Origin: an uncultured Verrucomicrobiae bacterium
GTDB taxonomy: Bacteria; Verrucomicrobiota; Verrucomicrobiia; Limisphaerales; UBA11358
DNA length: 64,000 bases
NCBI GenBank assembly: GCA_963769285.1
Contig: CAVYLE010000008.1
Coordinates: 9,723 to 73,722, forward strand
Reading direction: 5' to 3'
This document shows positions 39,103-47,165 of this stretch, one piece after another. Both the position numbers and the translations under genes were made by a program. How positions within the stretch are numbered: position 1 is the stretch's first letter; every line of letters begins with the position of its first letter. The notes below the pieces were generated by a model, which saw nothing but the letters and a program-made list of their open reading frames with translations, searched no databases and was not told where the DNA came from.

Positions 39103-42100
39103 TCATTCCGTCAAGTTAGCCGGAGTATAAACCGAGCGGTAGAATCGCTGACTGAAATGGCTCGCATTGGCATCCACAAACGTAAACGGAGCGGTATTGG
39201 TCTGTACCGGAACCCAATTAACCATGTTGGTGGATGCTTGAACTACATATTGATACCCGGGCACGCCCTCAACAATCAAAGCGTACTGGCCGCCAGCGTG
39301 GGCCGCTGACACCAGGGTGGCCGCCGCCGTATCATAAACGGTCAACAAGGCGGTGCTGCTGTTTGAGCCGTTCGAGTCGGACACCGTCACCGAGTAGGCA
39401 CCGGATTGATTGACGGTTACGTTATTCAGCGTCAACACCGAACCGACGGACGCAGGCAGGTTGGTGCCATTGTATTTCCATTGGTATTTCAAAGTGCCAC
39501 TGCCGCTGGCTCCAATCGTGAAAGTGCTGGTCTGGCCAATCACGGCCACCTGATTGGTCAATTGGCTGCCGAGCGTGGGACAAAGGCTGCTGGTTCTGGC
39601 CGTTGTGGTTCTGGTCGTTGTGGTTCTGGCCGTTGTGGTTCTGGCCGGTGCGGTTCTGGTCGGTGCGGTTCTGGTCGGTGCGGTTCCGCCGATATTCACG
39701 GTGAAGGTTCGGGTAACGATGTTATTGCTGTTTCCTCCGTCTTTGACAGTAACGGTGATGGTGGCCGTTCCGGTCTTGTTAACCACTGGCGTGAAGGTAA
39801 GAATCCCCGTGGTGTTCGCGCTGGTGTAAACGACCGTCGGATTGGGAATCAAACCCGTGTTGCTGGAAACTGCGGTGACAGTCAGAGTCTGATTTTCATT
39901 GGTGGCGCCGGAGCTGATGCCGGATAAACTGACCGTTTGCCGGCCGGCGTTTTTACCTATGGTGAGGTTGGTGATGGCGTTCAACGTCGGCGGCTGGTTC
40001 ACGGCGTTGACCGTGACCATAAAGGTTCGGGTGACAATGTTGTTGGTTGCTCCACCATCGTTGACGGTGACGGTGATGGTGGCGGTCCCATTGCCATTGG
40101 CCACCGGCGTGAAGGTCAGGGAACCGGTGCTGTTGGCGCTGGTGTAAACGACCGTCGGATTGGGAATCAAACCCGTGTTGCTGGAAGTGGCAGTGACGGT
40201 GAGGGTCTGGCTTTCATTGGTGGCGCCGGAGCTGATGCCGGATAAACTGACCGTTTGCCGGCCGGCGTTTTTACCTATGGTGAGGTTGGTGATGGCGTTC
40301 AACGTCGGCGGCTGGTTCACGGCGTTGACCGTGACCATAAAGGTTCGGGTGACAATGTTGTTGGTTGCTCCACCATCGTTGACGGTGACGGTGATGGTGG
40401 CGGTTCCGTTGCCATTGGCCACCGGCGTGAAGGTCAGGGAACCGGTGCTGTTGGCGCTGGTGTAAACGACCGTCGGATTGGGAATCAAACCCGTGTTGCT
40501 GGAAACTGCGGTGACAGTCAGAGTCTGATTTTCGTTGGCCGCGCCGGAACCGATGCCGGACAAACCGACCGTTTGCAGACCGGCGTTTTCGTTGATGGCC
40601 AGGTTGCCGATGGCGTTCAACGTCGGCGGCTGGTTTGCTCCGTTGACCGTGACCGTAAAGGTTCGGGTGACGATGTTGTTGCTCGTGCCGCCGTCGTTGA
40701 CGGTGACGGTGATGGTGGCGGTTCCGTTGCCATTGGCCACCGGCGTGAAGGTCAGGGAACCGGTGCTGTTGGCGCTGGTGTAAATGACCGTCGGATTGGG
40801 AATCAAACCCGTGTTGCTGGAAACTGCGGTGACAGTCAGAGTCTGATTTTCGTTGGCCGCGCCGGAACCGATGCCGGATAAACCGACCGTTTGCAGACCG
40901 GCATTTTCGTTGATGGCCAGGTTGCCGATGGCGTTCAACGTCGGCGGCTGGTTTGCTCCGTTGACCGTGACCGTAAAGGTTCGGGTGACGATGTTGTTGC
41001 TCGTGCCGCCGTCGTTGACGGTGACGGTGATGGTGGCGGTTCCGTTGCCATTGGCCACCGGCGTGAAGGTCAGGGAACCGGTGCTGTTGGCGCTGGTGTA
41101 AACGACCGTCGGATTGGGAATCAAACCCGTGTTGCTGGAAACTGCGGTGACAGTCAGAGTCTGATTTTCGTTGGCCGCGCCGGAACCGATGCCGGACAAA
41201 CCGACCGTTTGCAGACCGGCGTTTTCGTTGATGGCCAGGTTGCCGATGGCGTTCAACGTCGGCGTCTGGTTCACGGCGTTGACCGTGACCGTAAAGGTTT
41301 GGGTGACAATGTTGTTGCTCGTGCCGCCGTCGTTGACGGTGACGGTGATGGTGGCGGTTCCGTTGCCATTGACCGCCGGCGTGAAGGTTAGAGAACCGGT
41401 GCTGTTGGCGCTGGTGTAAACGACCGTCGGATTGGGAATCAAACCCGTGTTGCTGGAAACTGCGGTGACAGTCAGAGTCTGATTTTCATTGGTGGCGCCG
41501 GAACCGATGCCGGATAAACTGACCGTTTGCAGACCGGCGTTTTCATTGATGGTCAGGTTGCCGATGGCGTTCAACGTCGGCGTCTGGTTCACGGCGTTGA
41601 CCGTGACCGTAAAGGTTTGGGTGACAATGTTGTTGCTCGTGCCGCCGTCGTTGACGGTGACGGTGATGGTGGCGGTTCCGTTGCCATTGACCGCCGGCGT
41701 GAAGGTTAGAGAACCGGTGCTGTTGGCGCTGGTGTAAATGACCGTCGGATTGGGAATCAAACCCGCGTTGCTGGAAGTGGCAGTGACGGTGAGGGTCTGG
41801 CTTTCATTGGGCGCGCCGGAACCGATGCCGGACAAACCGACCGTTTGCAGACCGGCGTTTTCGTTGATGGCCAGGTTGCTGATGGCGTTCAACGTCGGCG
41901 GCTGGTTTGCTCCGTTGACCGTGACCGTAAAGGTTCGGGTGACGATGTTGTTGCTCGTGCCGCCGTCGTTGACGGTGACGGTGATGGTGGCGGTCCCATT
42001 GCCATTGGCCACCGGCGTGAAGGTCAGGGAACCGGTGCTGTTGGCGCTGGTGTAAATGACCGTCGGATTGGGAATCAAACCCGCGTTGCTGGAAGTGGCA

Positions 42101-42576
42101 GTGACGGTGAGGGTCTGGCTTTCATTGGGCGCGCCGGAACCGATGCCGGATAAATTGACCGTTTGCAGACCGGCATTTTCGTTGATGGCCAGGCTGTTGA
42201 TCGCATTCAATGTCGGCGGCTGATTCGCAATCGGATTCGTGGGAACCAAGTAGGACACCTCGCTTGAGAACGGACTTTCCATGCCCGAAGCAGCATACGT
42301 TGTCGCCGCAAAATAGTAGGTGGTTCCCTCGACCAGGCCGGAAATGGTTGCATTGGTTGCATTACCAGCACAAATCTCGTTGGTGTAGGCGCCGCTGGCT
42401 CCTCCGTAATATACATTGTAACCCGCGACGATTGGATCAGTGCTTGTATCCCACGCCAAGGTTACACTTTCGGTTGCGAGGGCTGAAAACTGCATGACTG
42501 CAAACAAGGCGCTGAAGAGAAAAGAACTCCCAATGGCACGTCTTGACCGAATAAACACTTCTCCTTGGTACATCAC
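39103..42576 (-). CDS. giant secreted repeat protein: FN3 domain, 8 x 106-aa Ig/cadherin-like repeats, Thr/Arg linker, Ig-like domain, C-terminal QRFYR domain
   Basis: 1157-aa ORF. Signal peptide. VTLAWD..GYNVYYG..GLVEGTTYYFA (FN3). Eight units NQPPTLNAI.NL.INENAGLQTV.LSGIGSGA.NE.QTLTVTA.SSN.GLIPNPTV.YTSANSTGSLTFTP..NGNGTATITVTVNDGG.SNNIVT.TFTVTVN. Confidence 0.85.
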   Translation of the reverse strand: MMYQGEVFIRSRRAIGSSFLFSALFAVMQFSALATESVTLAWDTSTDPIVAGYNVYYGGASGAYTNEICAGNATNATISGLVEGTTYYFAATTYAASGMESPFSSEVSYLVPTNPIANQPPTLNAINSLAINENAGLQTVNLSGIGSGAPNESQTLTVTATSSNAGLIPNPTVIYTSANSTGSLTFTPVANGNGTATITVTVNDGGTSNNIVTRTFTVTVNGANQPPTLNAISNLAINENAGLQTVGLSGIGSGAPNESQTLTVTATSSNAGLIPNPTVIYTSANSTGSLTFTPAVNGNGTATITVTVNDGGTSNNIVTQTFTVTVNAVNQTPTLNAIGNLTINENAGLQTVSLSGIGSGATNENQTLTVTAVSSNTGLIPNPTVVYTSANSTGSLTFTPAVNGNGTATITVTVNDGGTSNNIVTQTFTVTVNAVNQTPTLNAIGNLAINENAGLQTVGLSGIGSGAANENQTLTVTAVSSNTGLIPNPTVVYTSANSTGSLTFTPVANGNGTATITVTVNDGGTSNNIVTRTFTVTVNGANQPPTLNAIGNLAINENAGLQTVGLSGIGSGAANENQTLTVTAVSSNTGLIPNPTVIYTSANSTGSLTFTPVANGNGTATITVTVNDGGTSNNIVTRTFTVTVNGANQPPTLNAIGNLAINENAGLQTVGLSGIGSGAANENQTLTVTAVSSNTGLIPNPTVVYTSANSTGSLTFTPVANGNGTATITVTVNDGGATNNIVTRTFMVTVNAVNQPPTLNAITNLTIGKNAGRQTVSLSGISSGATNESQTLTVTATSSNTGLIPNPTVVYTSANSTGSLTFTPVANGNGTATITVTVNDGGATNNIVTRTFMVTVNAVNQPPTLNAITNLTIGKNAGRQTVSLSGISSGATNENQTLTVTAVSSNTGLIPNPTVVYTSANTTGILTFTPVVNKTGTATITVTVKDGGNSNNIVTRTFTVNIGGTAPTRTAPTRTAPARTTTARTTTTRTTTARTSSLCPTLGSQLTNQVAVIGQTSTFTIGASGSGTLKYQWKYNGTNLPASVGSVLTLNNVTVNQSGAYSVTVSDSNGSNSSTALLTVYDTAAATLVSAAHAGGQYALIVEGVPGYQYVVQASTNMVNWVPVQTNTAPFTFVDANASHFSQRFYRSVYTPANLTE
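39592..39690 (-). repeat. 15-bp coding microsatellite (about 6.5 copies) encoding (A/T)(P/T)(T/A)RT
   Basis: ggttctgg(c/t)cg(t/g)tg(t/c) iterated. Protein: TAPTRTAPTRTAPARTTTARTTTTRTTTART. Confidence 0.85.
39691..42225 (-). repeat. eight tandem 318-bp coding repeats, several near-identical
   Basis: Antisense shadow ORFs at 40535 and 40853 give identical 82-aa translations, and the same holds for other 318-bp offsets (39899, 41171, 41489). Confidence 0.9.
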
Positions 42577-42937
42577 AGTGGTTCACTATGCATAAGGCTT
42601 GCCAACCTGCCGGCGGTCACGCGTAAAATTTTTGGAAACGGGTGACAAACTTTGGGACAAGGGGAACTCCTGAATTGATACAGAAACCAATGCTTTCAGC
42701 GCGGAAGTTAAATATTAGCAATTATATTTTTAGCCGCCATGGCTTAATTATTAGCGGTATTCCGGTTCCGGTTCCGATGAACAAATCTTCAAGACAGAGG
42801 TTGTCTTGAAAAAGAGCAGTGATAAATGCAAGTCACACGAGCCGGCTGGATGCAAGGCGCATCCGATTGCGCCCCAATCGGGAACGGACTGGGCAGCGCG
42901 AACGCCGCATCCAAAGCGGCGGAGCAACGCCGCACTC

Positions 42938-42972
42938 CAAAAGCAATCAGGCCGGTCGTGAAGACCGGCCTG
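42938..42972 (-). terminator. conserved terminator hairpin after PEP-CTERM gene 1
   Basis: caggccggtc-gtgaa-gaccggcctg, followed on the minus strand by ATTGCTTTTGG. The same hairpin is at 44284-44308 and 47100-47124. Confidence 0.7.
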
Positions 42973-43013
42973 AACGCTAGAGAAGGCTCTTAAAAATCCG
43001 ACTTGATCAATTG

Positions 43014-43715
43014 TTACGCCATTTGTCGCTTGCGCAAGATCCGCAGCGTGCTCGCGCCAAACGGCAGCAGCAGCAACGCGCCCGCGATCATCGTCGTAGG
43101 CTCGGGAACGGGGAATATGGTGATCGAATCGATGTTTGCGCTCGCGGGGATAGTGGCGGTGCCGTTATTCCAATCGCCGATCTCGACAGCGGTCTCATAG
43201 ACCGTCATCTGCCCAAACGTAGTAGTTCCGTATGCGGTGCTGTCAAGCGTTGACAGGGTAACACCCCAGTACGTGTCCGAGGTGAGAGGACTCGTAGCGT
43301 AATCATAAAACACATGGATTTGGGAAGAACCGTTCAGATCCGGTCCGCCCATGCTGATGACCCCGATGTAACCACCGCCGGGCGCATACAGATAGGTAAG
43401 CCAGTAAGGTTGAGCCCCATTTGGCCCGCTCGAACTGAGAAGATCGTAACTCGCGCTGAAAGAGTTTAAAGTTCCCAGTGAAGGAAGCCCAACGTTAGCA
43501 GCCTTGACAAAGACTGCCGGGGCACCGCCATTGAGACCGGAGTCGGTGGTGTAAAGTTGCGCCACGTCCGGTGTCCCGGCGACATATTGCGCGACACCAC
43601 CATTACCAGAGTATTTCAAGCCGCTAAGATCGGTGCCCGAAATGGTGATCAACGCGCTGGCGCTCATTGCGGCGGCCAAACTGATCGTGAATAATGCTAT
43701 TTGTAGTTTTTTCAT
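43014..43715 (-). CDS. PEP-CTERM sorting-domain protein (class 1 tail)
   Basis: ATG 43715 inside ORF 43014..43778. MKKLQIALFTISLAAAMSASA signal. C-terminus VPEPTTMIAGALLLLPFGASTLRILRKRQMA. Confidence 0.85.
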   Translation of the reverse strand: MKKLQIALFTISLAAAMSASALITISGTDLSGLKYSGNGGVAQYVAGTPDVAQLYTTDSGLNGGAPAVFVKAANVGLPSLGTLNSFSASYDLLSSSGPNGAQPYWLTYLYAPGGGYIGVISMGGPDLNGSSQIHVFYDYATSPLTSDTYWGVTLSTLDSTAYGTTTFGQMTVYETAVEIGDWNNGTATIPASANIDSITIFPVPEPTTMIAGALLLLPFGASTLRILRKRQMA

Positions 43716-43855
43716 GTTTTCTTTTTTATTTTTGGACCGCTGCGGAAAGCGACTTCTGGCTTGACGTCCAAGCCACAACTCATTCTTTCACGCGAGTGGG
43801 TATGGTTTCTTCAAACTGACTAATCTCTGCCCATTGTGCAGAACGCATTGAATTT

Positions 43856-43894
43856 ATCTATACGTTTTTGGGACATCATTAGTCACTTTTCGGA
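43856..43894. promoter_or_regulatory. conserved promoter/operator module, copy 1
   Basis: atctat-N7-tgggacatcattagtcacttttcgga. About 140-180 nt upstream of ATG 43715. Confidence 0.6.
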
Positions 43895-44273
43895 TATAGA
43901 TTCTGAGCGGCCCGGACTTCCCTGCGTTGCTTGAAAAGGACATGCGGGACTTGGTCACAAATTTAAAACTGCCCAGTGAAGTCGCAAACCGAAGAACTTC
44001 ACGGGCCTCGGCCCATGAAGCAGGCAGCCCACTTTCACAGGCCAAGGCAAGCGGACCCGCCTACGTCCAACTTCGGCGCGGCAAGAAGCTGAAATTACAA
44101 AATCAAAAGCTGAAACCGGAGTGCCGGGAGGGCGGAGGCCAGCGGAGAAAAAACTGAAATTGTGAAAGCTGAAATCTGAAATCAGAGACGAGTGGGTCTT
44201 TCAGCTTTCAAGTTTCAGCATTTTCCAACCGGGCACGTCAGTGCCGCGGAACTTGTGCGCAGTGGTCAAGTCC

Positions 44274-44308
44274 GGAAAGGAATCAGGCCGGTCGTGAAGA
44301 CCGGCCTG
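44274..44308 (-). terminator. conserved terminator hairpin after PEP-CTERM gene 2
   Basis: caggccggtc-gtgaa-gaccggcctg, identical to 42948-42972. About 40 nt beyond the stop codon. Confidence 0.65.
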
Positions 44309-44349
44309 ATCGCTAAAGAAGGCTCTTAAAAATCCGACTTGATCAATTG

Positions 44350-45168
44350 TTACGCCATTTGTCGCTTGCGCAAGATCCGCAGCGTGCTCGCCCCAAATGG
44401 CAGCAGTAGCAACGCACCCGCGATCATCGTCGTGGGTTCGGGAACAGGCACAGGTACGGCGTCCACCTTGACGAGCATATCCTGATAGTCAACGTCCCCG
44501 CCTTGCAACGCAAGATCTTCCCATCCCAAAAGGTACTCACCCGGATCCCATGACTCAGTTGTCGAGCCGGAAGCTGCCCAGCTGCCGAGGCCAGAGGCGC
44601 TCAGATTTAACGTACGATCCACAGCGGTTTGCAAAGTTACCATGTGATCGTCACCACCATTTTTGTTCTGTTGAGAATACCATGTCGGGCCACCCGCTGT
44701 TTGAAGGTAAAACCCGAAGGCGCTTCCAACATAGAGGCTCTGATTATTCACGGTGGCCGTGCCACCTGAGAATGTCACGGTCTCCGTGGATACGCCGGAA
44801 GCAGAACCCGTAAACACCTGGAGCATTTGACCGTTATTCAGGTTATAAATCCCGAATGAATTGATACCGGCATTCCCGGCAATCTCCAGCAGCAACGCGG
44901 TAGAAGCCGTCCCACTGCCGAGGATGCCCGGGACCGTCCACGTCTGATCCGTAACCGGGCTGTTGTAATCCGCGACCCGGTTCGCTGCGGCATTGACGTC
45001 GTAGGAAGAGTCGTTCAGCAAAGTCTGCATGACGGTAGCCAAAGTGCCCGGAGGATTCCCGTCCCAACTGCCCGAGGTGGCCACCGTCGTAAGGGCTGCT
45101 TGTGCACACAATGTCGCGCCGGCCAAACCCAAGGCTGATATTGCCAATTGAAATTTCAGCATTTTCAT
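44350..45168 (-). CDS. PEP-CTERM sorting-domain protein with a DUF4114-like segment
   Basis: MKMLKFQLAISALGLAGATLCAQA signal; GGDVDYQDMLVKVDAV; C-terminus VPEPTTMIAGALLLLPFGASTLRILRKRQMA. Confidence 0.85.
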   Translation of the reverse strand: MKMLKFQLAISALGLAGATLCAQAALTTVATSGSWDGNPPGTLATVMQTLLNDSSYDVNAAANRVADYNSPVTDQTWTVPGILGSGTASTALLLEIAGNAGINSFGIYNLNNGQMLQVFTGSASGVSTETVTFSGGTATVNNQSLYVGSAFGFYLQTAGGPTWYSQQNKNGGDDHMVTLQTAVDRTLNLSASGLGSWAASGSTTESWDPGEYLLGWEDLALQGGDVDYQDMLVKVDAVPVPVPEPTTMIAGALLLLPFGASTLRILRKRQMA

Positions 45169-45320
45169 ATTTTCCTTTTGATTTTTGTTTTATTGTGACC
45201 CTCGTGAAAAACGACTTCTGGCTTGACGTCTTAGCCAGAATTCATTCCTTCACGCGATCGGTCTAATTCTCTGCAAACTGAGTTTGTACACTGGCCATCG
45301 TCCACGAATAATGGAATTAC

Positions 45321-45360
45321 ATCTATCCCATTTTGGGACTTCTTTATTCACAATTGGGCC
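45321..45360. promoter_or_regulatory. conserved promoter/operator module, copy 2
   Basis: atctat-N7-tgggacttctttattcacaattgggcc. About 155-190 nt upstream of ATG 45168 and about 340 nt upstream of the divergent DUF4184-like gene. Confidence 0.6.
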
Positions 45361-45695
45361 ATGCATTCTGAGCGGCCCGGACTTCCCTGCATTGCTTGAA
45401 AGGGACATGCTTTGATCACTTTTGGGACGTGGGCCAAAATGAAAAGCTGAAATCGGGAAAGCAGAAAGCAGAAATCACAATGCAATCAAAAGCTGGGGGT
45501 ACGGGGAAGAGGTGGAAAGCGGGGGAAAGGCTGAAGGCTGAAAGCCGCGCAAAAGGCTTCGCCTCACGCGGTGGGGGAATATCCAACATCCAATAACAGA
45601 TGCCGAAGGGTGGAAGGCTGAAGTCAAAGGTCCGTGGTCTGCAACTCAAATCGGGCTGGTCGTTTCACAGTTTTGCCGCCAATTTCGATCCGTCA

Positions 45696-46157
45696 ATGCC
45701 TTTTCCACTGGCTCACCCAGCAGCGATCCTGCCGTTGCGGCGTTATTGCCCGCGGTATCTCAGTTTTCCTGCGCTCATCATCGGCAGCCTCAGCCCGGAT
45801 GTGGGCTATTTCTTCGGGCACTTTCGTCTCGGAGAGTTCTCCCACCGGCTGCTCCCGGGCAGTTTCGGGTTCTGCCTGCCGGTGGGCCTGGTGCTGGTGC
45901 TGGTGTTTTATATCGCCCGGTTGCCAGTGGTTGGCATCCTGCTTTCCAGCGACCGGCGGGCGTTCCTGCCGCTTTGCCAGCGACCGGCCGGCTCTCCGTT
46001 TCTGATCGTCAGCCCGATCCTCTTTATTGCTCTGGCCAGTCGCGGCGCGCATCAGTTGATTGGGATTGTTCCCGCCGGGATCATTACCGTCCTGCTGCTG
46101 ATTGGATTTCTCCTGGCTACCGGAAAACTCTTCAGCCGGATTCGGGGCCTGACATGA
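45696..46157 (+). CDS. DUF4184-like membrane protein
   Basis: ATG 45696 inside ORF 45600..46157. MPFPLAHPAAILPLRRY..LSFPALIIGSLSPDVGYFFGH resembles the DUF4184 N-terminus as I recall it. Shorter than typical members. Confidence 0.5.
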   Translation: MPFPLAHPAAILPLRRYCPRYLSFPALIIGSLSPDVGYFFGHFRLGEFSHRLLPGSFGFCLPVGLVLVLVFYIARLPVVGILLSSDRRAFLPLCQRPAGSPFLIVSPILFIALASRGAHQLIGIVPAGIITVLLLIGFLLATGKLFSRIRGLT

Positions 46158-46186
46158 AGGTCTTTCAGCCTTCAGCATTTTCCCCC

Positions 46187-46711
46187 TCAGGTGAGCTCGA
46201 GCAGGTCGGCGTCGAGCTTGACGGCTGCCGCCTGACCGATGAAGTCGAGGCGCAGCAACACGGTGGTCCGACCGTAACGATGTTCGACCCAACCCTCAAC
46301 ACCGCGCAGCGGGCCGGCTTTGATGCGCACGCGCATACCCTCGCCGATGGACGGGGCCAGACGCACTTCCAAATCCGTTTCCAAGGCCAGGAGAATATCT
46401 TCCAACTGCCGGCGAAGCGTTTCCTGATCGAACACGTCGAGGAGATTGGCGACATGGCCGTTTTGGCGGACAGCATCCTTCTGTCCGGGTTCAAGTTGAA
46501 GAAAGACATACCCGGGGAAGAGCGGCTTCTGGAACACGACCGTCTTGCCGCGATATTTATGCGCGGACTGGTAGCAAGGGAGCGTAGCGGCGATGCCGTG
46601 TCGCCGGCAGTGCTCGACCAGCTTTTTCTCCCGTCGCGGTCTGGTATGGGCCACGAACCAACGCAGTTCTGACACGGGGCGAAGAATTCGGGAGAAATTC
46701 CACGATGTCAA
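46187..46711 (-). CDS. NusG-family paralog (RfaH/UpxY-like specialised antiterminator)
   Basis: NGN domain WFVAHTRPRREKKLVEHCRRHGI..PLFPGYVFLQL and KOW motif GMRVRIKAGPLRGVEGWVE. The track start is TTG 46711; GTG 46678 is an alternative. Confidence 0.8.
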   Translation of the reverse strand: MTSWNFSRILRPVSELRWFVAHTRPRREKKLVEHCRRHGIAATLPCYQSAHKYRGKTVVFQKPLFPGYVFLQLEPGQKDAVRQNGHVANLLDVFDQETLRRQLEDILLALETDLEVRLAPSIGEGMRVRIKAGPLRGVEGWVEHRYGRTTVLLRLDFIGQAAAVKLDADLLELT

Positions 46712-46800
46712 TCCGAAGTTGCGAAGTTGCGAAGTTGCGCGTTCGTGCCGCGGCGGCAGCGGTGGCGCATCCGCGGGGCGTGTTGCCCAAATCTGAATCG

Positions 46801-46871
46801 GGTGGGGCGAGCATCCTCGCGAGCCGGGATTTCATACAAAACAAGCGGCTCGTCAGTAGCCTCGCCCCACC
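46801..46871. repeat. GGTGGGGCGAG...CTCGCCCCACC element (family copy 2)
   Basis: ggtggggcgagcatcctcgcgagccgg...cggctcgtcagtagcctcgccccacc. Its arms reappear in inverted order in 51026-51133. Confidence 0.7.
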
Positions 46872-47088
46872 AAAAAGTCCCGGAAATGATCAGGGTAGCA
46901 TGCCCCGCGCACTGCCCCCGAACGTAACAAGATTGGAGCGCGGCTGTCTCCGATTTATCGGGGCAGCCGAAGCATGTTGAAAAGCGCTACGGCCCCAAGT
47001 GCATTCCAACAGGCTGGTTTTGCGAAGCTGCTGCGGCTGGTCCCGACAAAGCGGGACACAACCGCGCTCCGGTGGCCATGTGCCGCCC

Positions 47089-47124
47089 TAAAAAAGAATC
47101 AGGCCGGTCGTGAAGACCGGCCTG
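47089..47124 (-). terminator. conserved terminator hairpin after the two-gene PEP-CTERM operon
   Basis: caggccggtc-gtgaa-gaccggcctg, followed on the minus strand by ATTCTTTTTTAG. Confidence 0.75.
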
Positions 47125-47165
47125 AGCAGTAAACAGTGATTCTAGACTCCGACTTGGTCCAGCTT

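Noticed and set aside
39406-42497. Many plus-strand ORFs (60-208 aa) across the giant gene, several with identical translations
   Set aside because: They are antisense shadows of the 318-bp tandem repeats in the 1157-aa minus-strand gene. They have Gly/Val/Asp-rich nonsense composition, and their periodic 318-bp spacing mirrors the repeat.
42629-42658. Box-like sequence upstream of the giant repeat gene (tttttggaaacgggtgacaaactttgggac)
   Set aside because: Not listed as a feature. It has GGAAAC instead of GGGAC and lacks the ATCTAT hexamer. It also lies only about 55-80 nt from the start codon. It is kept only as a weak note in finding 1.
43866-43885. Reading the TGGGAC box as a sigma-54 (-24/-12) promoter
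   Set aside because: The GG is present, but the GC expected at -12 is absent (TGGGACATCATTAGTC, TGGGACTTCTTTATTC). The orientation would also point away from four of the five associated genes.
45746-46672. 308-aa plus-strand ORF spanning the DUF4184-like gene and the NusG paralog
   Set aside because: It is out of frame with the DUF4184-like gene and antisense to the NusG-like gene, which has clear NGN/KOW motifs.
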